Below are positions 1-8,865 of a DNA stretch of 64,000 bases, in pieces; positions within the stretch are counted from its first letter, which is position 1, and each line of letters begins with the position of its first letter. The stretch is taken from IMG/VR virus record IMGVR_UViG_3300046131_000022, positions 9,146 to 73,145 of that record. One strand, written 5' to 3'. The stretch comes from a virus (taxonomy: Duplodnaviria > Caudoviricetes). Under the pieces are notes generated by a model that made no database searches, was not told the DNA's origin, and worked only from the letters and a program-made list of their open reading frames with translations. The translations under genes were made by a program, and so were the position numbers.

Positions 1-2
1 AT

Positions 3-25
3 GCGCCCATTTAGGGCGTTTTTTC
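3..25 (+). terminator. Intrinsic terminator
   Basis: GCGCCC-ATTTA-GGGCGT hairpin followed by a T run; a second A/T-stem hairpin at about 33-53. Confidence 0.55.
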
Positions 26-81
26 CGACCATAAAAAGCTTAATCCGCTTTTTTGCTTAAATTCAAAATCTCAAACCATTT

Positions 82-540
82 TTGGAGTGTAATTCTATGT
101 CTACCAATACTTATCAACTTTCTGAAATTCCACAAGTTTTGAAATTTGTTCGTCCTGAAACAAAACCTAACACCAGTTTAACCAAAGAAGTTTTTGAGAA
201 ATCTAAAATCTCGGTCAATTCTTGGAAACGTGTTCCTTATTCTGCTGAAGATCATGCTCGTAACGTTGGCTTAGTCCTAGACAATGTCATTTTCCTTTAC
301 GGTGTTTTGGACAAATTCCACGATCATACTGGGTGTGATTATTGGATCAATTTAGCTAAGAAATCTTTAGCTATTTTAGATCGTGCTGAACAATATTTTA
401 CAGAAAATCAAGTCTATATCTGGGACACATGCCTTGACTTAATCAAGATTCGCCGTGAGCAATTGTTGTGGATTTTGGCTGAATTTGAACGCCTTGAAAA
501 AATCCAAGTTCAAGTGAAAAACCCTCAACCTTTTTGTTAA
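82..540 (+). CDS. Hypothetical protein (ATG at 97 is the likelier start)
   Basis: 152-aa ORF; GGAG at 84-87 sits upstream of ATG97. Confidence 0.7.
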   Translation: MECNSMSTNTYQLSEIPQVLKFVRPETKPNTSLTKEVFEKSKISVNSWKRVPYSAEDHARNVGLVLDNVIFLYGVLDKFHDHTGCDYWINLAKKSLAILDRAEQYFTENQVYIWDTCLDLIKIRREQLLWILAEFERLEKIQVQVKNPQPFC

Positions 541-553
541 GTTGAGTTTAACA

Positions 554-715
554 ATGACAATAATTTTGTTTGTTACAGTCATGTTTTCAGGTGTGAAAGC
601 ACCTGTTTATGATCTTAGTTTTAACAGTGTTGTTTCTTGTGAAAGCTACAAAAAACGACAAGGTTTTACCAGTAATAGTAGTTTTAAATACACATGTGAA
701 GGAATTAAAAAATGA
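554..715 (+). CDS. Small exported/membrane protein, 53 aa (not in ORF track)
   Basis: MTIILFVTVMFSGVKAPVYDLSFNSVVSCESYKKRQGFTSNSSFKYTCEGIKK; hydrophobic N-terminus, two Cys; stop overlaps next ATG (ATGA). Confidence 0.55.
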   Translation: MTIILFVTVMFSGVKAPVYDLSFNSVVSCESYKKRQGFTSNSSFKYTCEGIKK

Positions 716-1032
716 TCGACAATATCAAAAAAGCATTAAATTCAGGCAAGGTCTATGACATTTTCCCTGTCGGGGACTCGGTTTCGTGGTCAAATTTTGG
801 GCGTAATGGTGTGGTTATTGGCTTTGATTTGCCTAAAACTCAAGCCAAACGAGTTGATTTAGGTAATGGTGAGTTCAAAATTGTAGGTAGTGGGCGTGTT
901 TTTGAGGTCACTAAATTTAAGGTTGTGATCGAAAAATTAGATGGAAAATTGAATTTCAAGTGGTTAAAACAATTAAAACCGATTGGGTTTTTAGAAATCG
1001 AGAAAAAATTGGAGAAAGTCGCAGGTTATTGA
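712..1032 (+). CDS. Hypothetical protein
   Basis: 106-aa ORF, AAGGA RBS, coupled to upstream ORF. Confidence 0.7.
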   Translation: MIDNIKKALNSGKVYDIFPVGDSVSWSNFGRNGVVIGFDLPKTQAKRVDLGNGEFKIVGSGRVFEVTKFKVVIEKLDGKLNFKWLKQLKPIGFLEIEKKLEKVAGY

Positions 1033-1045
1033 GAAATATTCTCGT

Positions 1046-1530
1046 ATCCCAAACAAGTTACACCTTTAAAATCAATAGGTTGTAATGTAATTTGGGTTGT
1101 AGAAATTGACCTTTCTGACAATCTATATTCAAAAAAGTGCTAAAGAAGTAATTTTTTAGCACTAAAATAGATTTATTGGTTAAAAAATGATCAATTTTTC
1201 GTGGGAAGTGGCTCTAAATAAGAAAGTTTCCTATATCCAAAAGAGTTACACCAATAAAATCAATACGTTGGGAAGTGGTTTAAGGTGGATGAATTGACCA
1301 TTCTGACAGAAAGTGAAGGCGAAACGGATCTAAAACTTGACTGAGACCAGTTTTTGAAGATTTTGTAAGTGCTTGATTTTCCTAACTGTAACTCTTTTGG
1401 GAGGAGAAAAATAAAAAATTTTTTTTAGATGCGAGGTTGATATAAATTGGTTAAAAAATATACAAATATATAAATACTATATATAAAAAGAAAAATGAAA
1501 ACTTTCTACCCAAACAAGTTACAGTATTGA
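1046..1530. repeat. Iteron-like repeat array with AT-rich core (candidate origin or packaging region)
   Basis: CCAAA(C/A)(A/G)AGTTACA units at 1048, 1236, 1509 (+) and 1387-1401 (-), most followed by AAAATCAA; AATTGACCWTTCTGACA at 1104 and 1292; near-pure AT at 1440-1500. Confidence 0.6.
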
Positions 1531-1747
1531 AAAATAACGAAAAGTCCATTTTTGACTTCTCAAAACCTGGTCTTTTTCCCCGTCTTTGACCCCATTTTTG
1601 ACCTTATTTTTGGCTCCGTCTAGGTCAATTTCTCCGAAAAAACGCCTTTCCCAAAAAGTCAAGCGTTATTTTCAAGAAAAAGCACCTTTGACTCAGTTGT
1701 TTTCGTTCCAACCAAAACGTAAACCAACTTTCAAGAACCAGACCACA

Positions 1748-1824
1748 GGACTGAATTCAAAACTTAGGACTTAATCCAAAGCAAGGAATTAATCCAAAAC
1801 ACAGATCACAGGACTTAATCCAAA
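1748..1824 (+). repeat. Four short direct repeats GGA(C/A)T(G/T)AAT(T/C)CAAA
   Basis: Copies start at 1748, 1767, 1785, 1811. Confidence 0.7.
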
Positions 1825-2007
1825 ACTTAGAATTTTCTCCAAGATTTGAATTAAACCTAAAACCCAAACTTAAACATAGCGTAGAACACGCCTAACAGCT
1901 CGAAATAACCACCTTTAAACCCAAACTGGTACAAAGGTAGCACCCAACACCCAAAACCCCCTTAAATCGCCTTACAATGCGTTTTAGGAAAAACAGAGGA
2001 ACTTAAT

Positions 2008-2277
2008 ATGTTTTTCAAGAAAACGACCTATGTAGCAATCATCGCAATTCACTTCACAGGAATCTTGTTCCTTGTATTTATCGTTGTCCAAGTCTTCCAA
2101 ATCATCGTCCGAAACCACAACTGGTTAGAAATCCACATTGGTTATTACAAAACAACCATGTTGGTTTTATTCCTGATTGGTTTTGGTCTGATTTACGCAG
2201 CCGTAGTTTTGGAAAAAGCTTGGCAGAATCTTTATGGTGAGAAACCAAAAATGGGAGTGACCTATTTTGAAAACTGA
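2008..2277 (+). CDS. Two-TM membrane protein
   Basis: GAGGA RBS; two hydrophobic stretches. Confidence 0.7.
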   Translation: MFFKKTTYVAIIAIHFTGILFLVFIVVQVFQIIVRNHNWLEIHIGYYKTTMLVLFLIGFGLIYAAVVLEKAWQNLYGEKPKMGVTYFEN

Positions 2278-2491
2278 GTATCAAATTACAGACGATTTAA
2301 TCGAAGGATCTGTTGTTCGATTCAACTTAATGAATCGTGAATATTACCAACCCTATTGTGGTGTAAGCCGTTGTTTTAACAGAGCAACATTCAACAAAAA
2401 TAAGAAACAATTTGAATGTACTTGCGGTTGGATCAGCCAATATCCTGAAAGCTTTATTGAAAAATATTTAGAACGCTGGGGTTTTAAGTAA
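2267..2491 (+). CDS. Small Cys-containing hypothetical protein
   Basis: GGGAG RBS; C-x4-C and CTC motifs; overlaps upstream stop. Confidence 0.65.
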   Translation: MKTEYQITDDLIEGSVVRFNLMNREYYQPYCGVSRCFNRATFNKNKKQFECTCGWISQYPESFIEKYLERWGFK

Positions 2492-2537
2492 ATTTCAAAA
2501 CAGCAGTAAATAACCCAAATTCCAAAGGTAATCGAAA

Positions 2538-3353
2538 ATGAAACTCCAAGTAATGGGAAATAAGAGTAAGAACATACTCTCTTTGCAAACCTACGACCCA
2601 CACAGCAACGAAATCGCTTATTTCGACTTAGGGTACGTCCCCAACAACAAAAGCCCTCTAACGAGCTTACAGACGCAAGAAATAAACGACGTATTCACCC
2701 AACTGGGTATTTCTGAAATCTACAAAGTGACTGAAACAACTTTGCAAGAATTTTCAGGAAACCGTCTAGTTCAAGAACTGATCTGTTTCGGTAGCAAGTC
2801 CAACAGCTTTGGCTTAATAATTTTCCGAAAACCGAGCACAAATGGCTTCGACCCCTTCGATTGGAGCGTTGAAAACTTAACAATCCAAAGTATCAAAGCA
2901 TCCCTTTACATGAATTGGATTCCTTCAGGATCACGTAATAAACCTGAAAAACCAACTTCTGAGTTTACCAACGTGAAAACGCAAGGGAAAAACAAAATTG
3001 TGACTTGTACTGTCTGTGGAAAACAAACTTGGGTAAGTCCGCAGCAAGCAACAAAAGCGAAGAAAAACCCAAATGGTTATCGTCATCCAGGTTGCGCCAA
3101 GTTCAAGGACAAGGACGACATGGAGAAACAGACTAAAATTCAATACATTAAACAATACCCCCACTCATGGAAAAGTCGAGATTATGAAGTCCACCCAGAA
3201 TGGTTGGAAGACACAAACAACTTCCTATTGTGGGTTGAGGAACAGGAAAAAGCCCAAGGCAAACCATTTGTCAAAGGCAGCACTCGTTTTAGACGTAAAA
3301 ATTTCAAAGAACCTTTCTGTCCTAAAAATTTACGAATGTGTTCTGAAATTTAA
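2538..3353 (+). CDS. Hypothetical protein with Zn finger and degenerate HNH-like C-terminal domain
   Basis: CTVCG...HPGC; C-terminus VHPEWLED..NFLLWV...RRKN...P.NLR resembles the phage VC.EW..F..W..IDRID..Y.P.NCRW family. Confidence 0.55.
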   Translation: MKLQVMGNKSKNILSLQTYDPHSNEIAYFDLGYVPNNKSPLTSLQTQEINDVFTQLGISEIYKVTETTLQEFSGNRLVQELICFGSKSNSFGLIIFRKPSTNGFDPFDWSVENLTIQSIKASLYMNWIPSGSRNKPEKPTSEFTNVKTQGKNKIVTCTVCGKQTWVSPQQATKAKKNPNGYRHPGCAKFKDKDDMEKQTKIQYIKQYPHSWKSRDYEVHPEWLEDTNNFLLWVEEQEKAQGKPFVKGSTRFRRKNFKEPFCPKNLRMCSEI

Positions 3354-3383
3354 ACCCAAAAACAAGACTTAGGGAGAAACAAA

Positions 3384-3623
3384 ATGGTTTCAATAGCAAA
3401 TGGTTTAACCACGCAAGAATTTGTTCGTGAAATGAACAATGAACGTCTGCAAAATAAAAACCGTTGGGTTGCTTGGTTTGGCAAAGTCAACGGCAAAGAA
3501 GTTTCTTTGAAATCCCACAACAATTGGGTACAAGTAATTGTCGTAGACGGTGTAAAGAAGACTGGAAATATGTATTCCAATATTTCTGAATTTAAACAAT
3601 TTTTAAAGGAATCAGTAGCATGA
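3384..3623 (+). CDS. Hypothetical protein
   Basis: 79-aa ORF, GGGAG RBS. Confidence 0.7.
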   Translation: MVSIANGLTTQEFVREMNNERLQNKNRWVAWFGKVNGKEVSLKSHNNWVQVIVVDGVKKTGNMYSNISEFKQFLKESVA

Positions 3624-4237
3624 AAAAATTATTTATTTTGGAATTTCCAAAAGATCATCCTGAATTACAGCAATACACTTTAATGGAACCACAATCACAA
3701 CTAGATAGTGTAATTTTCTTTGAACGTTTGGAGTCAAAAACAATTAAAGAACTCAACCTTTGGGTGATGGAGTTAAATAAAAAATATCCTAAACTGACTG
3801 ACGTTTTCCTACACGATTTTGACGAAAATTTCTTCAAAAAATTGTCGGACATTGTGAGTGATAAAAAAGTTTTCCAAGTGGTTAAATTGGATAAGTCTTT
3901 GACTTTGCGAGATTTAATTGTGGACAAAAGCTATTACGTTCACACAATTAACGGCGGTGTCGTAGACAGTTGCTTTGAACAGGACTATTGGTTGAAAGGT
4001 GAATCTTCAACCGAAATTGATCCGATCTCAGCAATGTTTTTTGAAGTCGATTTATACGAACAAGGTTTAACTCAAATAGGCTTTGACTTAGACGCAGCCA
4101 TAGATTATGACGAGAACTGTAAAGATTTTAAAATGAAAAACCTAAACGGTGGGTTTAATTACCTCCGAATTGGTTATTTCCAAGACATAACACCGCAAGA
4201 TTTGGAAGGGTGTCAAACAATCGACCATTTGTTTTGA
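3620..4237 (+). CDS. Hypothetical protein, acidic
   Basis: 205-aa ORF, ATGA overlap; N-terminal ILEFPKDHP shared with ORF 5355. Confidence 0.75.
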   Translation: MKKLFILEFPKDHPELQQYTLMEPQSQLDSVIFFERLESKTIKELNLWVMELNKKYPKLTDVFLHDFDENFFKKLSDIVSDKKVFQVVKLDKSLTLRDLIVDKSYYVHTINGGVVDSCFEQDYWLKGESSTEIDPISAMFFEVDLYEQGLTQIGFDLDAAIDYDENCKDFKMKNLNGGFNYLRIGYFQDITPQDLEGCQTIDHLF

Positions 4238-4266
4238 TTGGGAAATAAAGCGAGATCAGGATATTT

Positions 4267-4515
4267 ATGGTAAGTAAACGCTACGCCCCACAATTCCAAG
4301 TCAAGATCTTGGAAAATGCCGACAGCCGATCTGTCGGCTACCTCATCGGCAGAAACCACAACACGATCATGTCCCATATCAATGATTTGGGACTTGAATA
4401 CAGTGCAAGTTTTCACCGATGCACACGTTTAAATTCAGGTAAAGTTTTTGTGTCGCCTTGTATACTTATGACCAAAGAAAATTGGCTTAAATATTTTGAG
4501 AAGACAAATAAATGA
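4267..4515 (+). CDS. Hypothetical protein
   Basis: 82-aa ORF, AGGA RBS, co-oriented. Confidence 0.6.
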   Translation: MVSKRYAPQFQVKILENADSRSVGYLIGRNHNTIMSHINDLGLEYSASFHRCTRLNSGKVFVSPCILMTKENWLKYFEKTNK

Positions 4516-4589
4516 TGTTTATACCTGAAAATTTGAAGTAAAAATTTAAGTTAAATCAATAACTTAAATAAATTTGGAAGTTAAACGAT

Positions 4590-4988
4590 ATGTTAACACC
4601 TAAAAAACTGCAAAATCAAATAGATAAACTATACAACGATGTTTATCTCAAAGAATTTGAAAACACAGCAAAAAATTACTTTGATGAAAAAATCAAACCT
4701 TATTGTGTAAAGAACAAACTATCTTTCTCAGTAATGAATGGAATACCACGCATGGTTAATCAGGAAAATCAATACGTTAGAATACCAAAAATAATAGAAA
4801 ACATATTAGATATTTCTGATCCAGAAGGCATTAGAATAATTTGGTATTTACCAAATTATAAATATTCAGAAAAAGCTGACTTTAATGAGGCAGATACTAA
4901 TTATTGGACAAATAGAGCCAAAGCAAGATTAAAAACCTGCGGTGGTGATGAACTTAAAGCAAGTTTGTCTTTAGCTTTTTCCATATAA
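4590..4988 (+). CDS. Hypothetical protein
   Basis: 132-aa ORF flanked by duplicated 29-bp leaders. Confidence 0.7.
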   Translation: MLTPKKLQNQIDKLYNDVYLKEFENTAKNYFDEKIKPYCVKNKLSFSVMNGIPRMVNQENQYVRIPKIIENILDISDPEGIRIIWYLPNYKYSEKADFNEADTNYWTNRAKARLKTCGGDELKASLSLAFSI

Positions 4989-5027
4989 AATTTAAATCAA
5001 TAACTTAAACCAATTTGGAAAAAATCT

Positions 5028-5318
5028 ATGGGTCAAGGTGCTGAAAGTTGTCCAGGGTATGAACTTGAATATGATCCTGAAGACGATTTAGATTGGGTGT
5101 TTGAACAAATAAGGAAAAAGAAGGTTACACCGAAAATTTCTCCAAATGAACAACCAATAACACAACCAACAACACCTCAAAAAACACGAGGTAGAAAGGT
5201 TGAAAAACCCTGTAAAGAATGTGGTGAAAAACACACCGTAAGAGTCGCAGACCTCAACCGTGGTTGGGGTTTGTTTTGTTCAAAATCATGTAAAGCAACC
5301 TATCAAGTTAAACACTAA
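5028..5318 (+). CDS. Zn-finger protein
   Basis: C-terminal CKEC...FCSKSC typical of phage Zn ribbons. Confidence 0.7.
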   Translation: MGQGAESCPGYELEYDPEDDLDWVFEQIRKKKVTPKISPNEQPITQPTTPQKTRGRKVEKPCKECGEKHTVRVADLNRGWGLFCSKSCKATYQVKH

Positions 5319-5354
5319 ATACGCTAAATATATTTTATTTAAAAGGAAAACGAA

Positions 5355-6152
5355 ATGAAACAAGTAATCCTAGAATTTGGAAAAGATCACCCTATTTTTG
5401 ACAATATTGAAAATGTTGAAAATCTACGAATATACTTAAATAAAAGGCTTAAAACTGAAACGTTTGAAGAACTTCAAAAAAGTATTCAAGAAGAATTCTT
5501 CGTGGATGTTAAGCAATTGAAAAATCAAGGTAATCCCTACAATGTCAGCACGAATGTATCTGCTTACGACGGACCTCAAACTTGGTTTAAAGAGTTCAAC
5601 CAATTGGACCGAGAATATTACCCTATTCTTTTAGATTTACCTGAACGGATGGTTAATGAAGAAACAAGTCAACCAGATATTGCTATAGAAGAAACAAAAA
5701 ATTTAAGTTTTGAACAGCAAATTCAAAATTTCCCAAAAATAGATGCTCATATTTATGACTTTATTTGGTTGTTAAAAGAAAAAATAAAAATTCACCTAAC
5801 ATTTGAAGTGGTGAACACCTTATGGGCTGTTTTCAACACTGGAGGATGGAATGACCCAACAGAAGATCTTTATTTTTGTATGGTTGAGTTCATGAATAAA
5901 TATGAACCAAAGGTGGCTTTAGAAAAGCGAATGAAAATAGGATCTAAAATTTTACTTTTAAATGGCGACGAATATGAAGTGGCGTTTTTCACAAAAATAA
6001 CAGGGGACAAGTTGAAACACCCTGAAGCCAATTGGTTTGTTGGAGTCAAAGGACGTCGAGAAGGTTTTTTCTTCAACGATAAAGGACAACAATCCGCAAA
6101 CTATAAATATGATCCACAAAATATTGTGAGTATTGATGGAGGTACTGACTAA
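5355..6152 (+). CDS. Hypothetical protein
   Basis: 265-aa ORF, AAGGA RBS; N-terminal ILEFGKDHP. Confidence 0.75.
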   Translation: MKQVILEFGKDHPIFDNIENVENLRIYLNKRLKTETFEELQKSIQEEFFVDVKQLKNQGNPYNVSTNVSAYDGPQTWFKEFNQLDREYYPILLDLPERMVNEETSQPDIAIEETKNLSFEQQIQNFPKIDAHIYDFIWLLKEKIKIHLTFEVVNTLWAVFNTGGWNDPTEDLYFCMVEFMNKYEPKVALEKRMKIGSKILLLNGDEYEVAFFTKITGDKLKHPEANWFVGVKGRREGFFFNDKGQQSANYKYDPQNIVSIDGGTD

Positions 6153-6385
6153 TGCAAGAACAAGTACGAAACAAAACTAAACATCCAGCAGCACAAGCCC
6201 TACATGGTTGGAAAAGTCGGAAACAACCCATTTGCCAAGAATGGTTAAATGATCATAACGCATTTTTCAAATGGGTAGATACTCGAAAAATCCCATTTAT
6301 AAAAGGGCTTTCACGCTTTTCTCGCAAGGACAAAACCAAAGAGTGGAGTCCTGAGAATACACGTTTTTACACTCATTACGGTTGA
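6152..6385 (+). CDS. Stand-alone degenerate HNH-like domain protein
   Basis: ICQEWLNDHNAFFKWV...SRKDK..WSPENTRF; GGAGG RBS; paralog of ORF 2538 C-terminus. Confidence 0.6.
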   Translation: MQEQVRNKTKHPAAQALHGWKSRKQPICQEWLNDHNAFFKWVDTRKIPFIKGLSRFSRKDKTKEWSPENTRFYTHYG

Positions 6386-6395
6386 GGACTATATC

Positions 6396-6572
6396 ATGTT
6401 TAAAAAAGGTGACATTGCCGAGGTCGTTGTCTTGGACATAAGCACAGCCAAAATAGGGGAATATGCTCACGTTAAGGTTTTGAAAGTAGAAGGTAAAGAT
6501 ATTCTAATTTCGGATGCCAAAGGTGAACAAGCGTGGGTCACTGAGCAGCACTTAGAGCTTAGTGAAGATTAA
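6396..6572 (+). CDS. Small beta-barrel (SH3/KOW-like) protein, 58 aa (not in ORF track)
   Basis: MFKKGDIAEVVVLDISTAKIGEYAHVKVLKVEGKDILISDAKGEQAWVTEQHLELSED; GAGGA RBS. Confidence 0.65.
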   Translation: MFKKGDIAEVVVLDISTAKIGEYAHVKVLKVEGKDILISDAKGEQAWVTEQHLELSED

Positions 6573-6592
6573 TCAAAATTAAGGAAATCGAA

Positions 6593-6958
6593 ATGAATTT
6601 AGAACTTGCAATCATTGAAAGTTTAGATGTTGAAATCTTTGAATTTTCAAATAGACAAGAACTCACCTTAAATTTTAAATGTCTATCAGATGGTGTTTTT
6701 GTAAGAACAGGTTTAGCACACTTATCAGCAATGGAGTCTCTTTTAAATTACTCAGGGGATGACGATGTTTCTGACGTTATTCTTAAACAAACTAAAAACA
6801 TTGAGGAAATCAATAAACTTTGGAAAGCTAAAAATTTGAATAGTTACCGAGAGTTGAAAGGACATACCATTTTCGTAAAAATGTCGGGGAACACAGTTCA
6901 GGAAATCGACTGGAACCCAAAGATCGAAGGGGGTTTTGTTATATATAAATTCAAGTAA
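6593..6958 (+). CDS. Hypothetical protein
   Basis: 121-aa ORF, AAGGA RBS. Confidence 0.7.
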   Translation: MNLELAIIESLDVEIFEFSNRQELTLNFKCLSDGVFVRTGLAHLSAMESLLNYSGDDDVSDVILKQTKNIEEINKLWKAKNLNSYRELKGHTIFVKMSGNTVQEIDWNPKIEGGFVIYKFK

Positions 6959-7133
6959 GCGAGGAATTTTAGTTGTGAATTGTTTTCAAATCCAAGCACA
7001 AAACACCAAAAATAGAAAACTTTATGGTGTTAAAACATACTTCGATTATTCATTGAAAGAAGCAATCAAAAAGTACAGACAGGATTTAGATTTAAAAGGG
7101 AAACACAATATAGTTTTCCGAGTAACTCAATAA
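6936..7133 (+). CDS. Hypothetical protein (true start probably downstream of GAGGA at 6961)
   Basis: Short ORF filling the gap between co-oriented genes. Confidence 0.55.
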   Translation: MLYINSSKRGILVVNCFQIQAQNTKNRKLYGVKTYFDYSLKEAIKKYRQDLDLKGKHNIVFRVTQ

Positions 7134-7157
7134 CTATTGGTTTGAAGGAGATCCAAA

Positions 7158-7556
7158 ATGCAAACCCTGAACAAACCCAAAAAAGAAAAGTGGGTGTCAA
7201 AAAACTTCACCCCTAAACCCGATTGGCGTTTACCTGAGTTCCAACACTATTGCGCTGATAGAATCCATTCAGCAATGAACGCTTGGGCTAAGTCTTGTTC
7301 TCAGCCAAGACTTGTGCTGATTACAAAATTCAAAGATGGTTCAGAACTCACAGAATTTTTCGACCCTGCCACAGTCGAAGTCGGGTACAAACATCAAAAC
7401 GAGTGGTATTACCAAACAGTTGATGTGGTGGACAAGTGGTTGACCCGAACCAAAGAGGAAGTCACCTTGAAGCAGCTACTTAAAAAAGAAGCTGACTTTT
7501 GTAAAGAAAAAGGTATTGAGGTTGACAGTTTTCACCACTTTCGGGAAGGGATGTAA
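7158..7556 (+). CDS. Hypothetical protein
   Basis: 132-aa ORF, AAGGAG RBS. Confidence 0.75.
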   Translation: MQTLNKPKKEKWVSKNFTPKPDWRLPEFQHYCADRIHSAMNAWAKSCSQPRLVLITKFKDGSELTEFFDPATVEVGYKHQNEWYYQTVDVVDKWLTRTKEEVTLKQLLKKEADFCKEKGIEVDSFHHFREGM

Positions 7557-7557
7557 C

Positions 7558-7869
7558 ATGCCAGAAGTAAATTATATGCAAAGAAAACTGTGTAAAGGTT
7601 GCGACATTATTGCTGAGCATAAAACAACATGCGCCAGATGTGGTCATAATCAATTTCTAACTTCAGATCAACTCCCCGATGGGTGGGTGACACACCAAAA
7701 AAACCAACAACTAATTGAAGAATTGGAAACAACTTTAAATCAAGTTAAAGAGACAAATGATAAATTTGAAAAAACTTGGTTTAAAAATTGGAACAATTCA
7801 AAAGCAGTTCAAAGGGAATTTGAAGAACCCGAACCTTTTTCGCAACTTTGGATCTTTTTTGGGATTTAA
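7558..7869 (+). CDS. Zn-ribbon/coiled-coil protein
   Basis: ATG at 7558 just after upstream stop; CKGC...CARC. Confidence 0.65.
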   Translation: MPEVNYMQRKLCKGCDIIAEHKTTCARCGHNQFLTSDQLPDGWVTHQKNQQLIEELETTLNQVKETNDKFEKTWFKNWNNSKAVQREFEEPEPFSQLWIFFGI

Positions 7870-7908
7870 ATCAAAATCAATCAACTAATTGAAATTAAAG
7901 GAAATTTT

Positions 7909-8757
7909 ATGAAAAATCAATTTGAATATCGAGTTTATCGAAACCTTAATAACCAAAAATGGTCTATTAAGCACAAAAACAACCCAATTAAACATTCAGA
8001 AGAAGTCTTACTACAAAATGTCAGCTTCTATTCTCGCCCTGCAGGTCGTGAAAAAGTGATTGAAACAGGTGTTAAAAATGTCCATGCTTACATGTGTTCA
8101 AATCAAAAACCAGACTACCATGCAGATTTAACCCAATGGCATGTTTACCCTTTAGAGTTGAGCAGTTTAGTTCAAATCAGTTACAACCCAAAACTAGATC
8201 CACGATTCTTTTTCAAATTAGGATCTGAAAAAATATTCATCGAACCCAATTGGGTTTTGGATGAAGTAGTGTCCGAAAAAGGAAAAATTTGGACAAGAAA
8301 AATAACTACGCATAAGCTACTTAAAAGTGAAAAGGTGTCTGTTCCAAATCTAAACTTAAAATTATTCTTCGACGGTGATTTAGATCTAGTCAACAACTTG
8401 AAAAAACACCTAAGTTGGATTATTGACAACAAAGAAAAAATAGAAAAATTATCTGAGTCGGATTCAATCCGAGATATTGAAGATGATTCCTTAGTTTTAA
8501 TCACAGACTATGGTTTATGCGATAATTTAAAATTGAAATATTCAAGTGTTAGCAGTGAACGAAACAAAATTAGCCTTTGGCTTCAGACCACTTGCAAAGA
8601 TTGGCAGCATTTTTCAGGAAGCCCAACTTTCCCCATACCTGACCCAAGTAAAAATGAAGTCCCAGATGTTATTTATCATAAACAACCATTATATAAAGGT
8701 TCTTATGGGAACTTACGTTTCGATTTAGCTAAATTTTTACTTGAAAGTCTAAACTAA
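7909..8757 (+). CDS. Conserved phage hypothetical protein, probably two domains
   Basis: N-terminal VYRNL..WSIK..GREKV..KNVHAY motif recurrent in phage early genes; AAGGA RBS. Confidence 0.7.
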   Translation: MKNQFEYRVYRNLNNQKWSIKHKNNPIKHSEEVLLQNVSFYSRPAGREKVIETGVKNVHAYMCSNQKPDYHADLTQWHVYPLELSSLVQISYNPKLDPRFFFKLGSEKIFIEPNWVLDEVVSEKGKIWTRKITTHKLLKSEKVSVPNLNLKLFFDGDLDLVNNLKKHLSWIIDNKEKIEKLSESDSIRDIEDDSLVLITDYGLCDNLKLKYSSVSSERNKISLWLQTTCKDWQHFSGSPTFPIPDPSKNEVPDVIYHKQPLYKGSYGNLRFDLAKFLLESLN

Positions 8758-8865
8758 AACCCCTTAAAGCCTTCGAGTAGGTTTGAGAAAGTATTTACTC
8801 AAAGGCTTTTAAATTAAATTAAACCAAACCAAACCTAAACACAGGTTAAACAAAGGAAACAAAAC

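Noticed and set aside
1586-1774. 62-aa plus-strand ORF in the repeat block
   Set aside because: TTG start with no RBS, low-complexity product, runs into the repeat array; likely spurious.
1046-1830. Possible CRISPR array
   Set aside because: Repeats are short, degenerate, irregularly spaced and partly inverted; no unique equal-length spacers and no cas genes.
3073-3372. Same-strand alternate-frame ORFs (3073, 12593, 19262, 35269, 36318, 40018)
   Set aside because: No convincing RBS, motif or compositional signal, unlike the 18111/18382 overlap.
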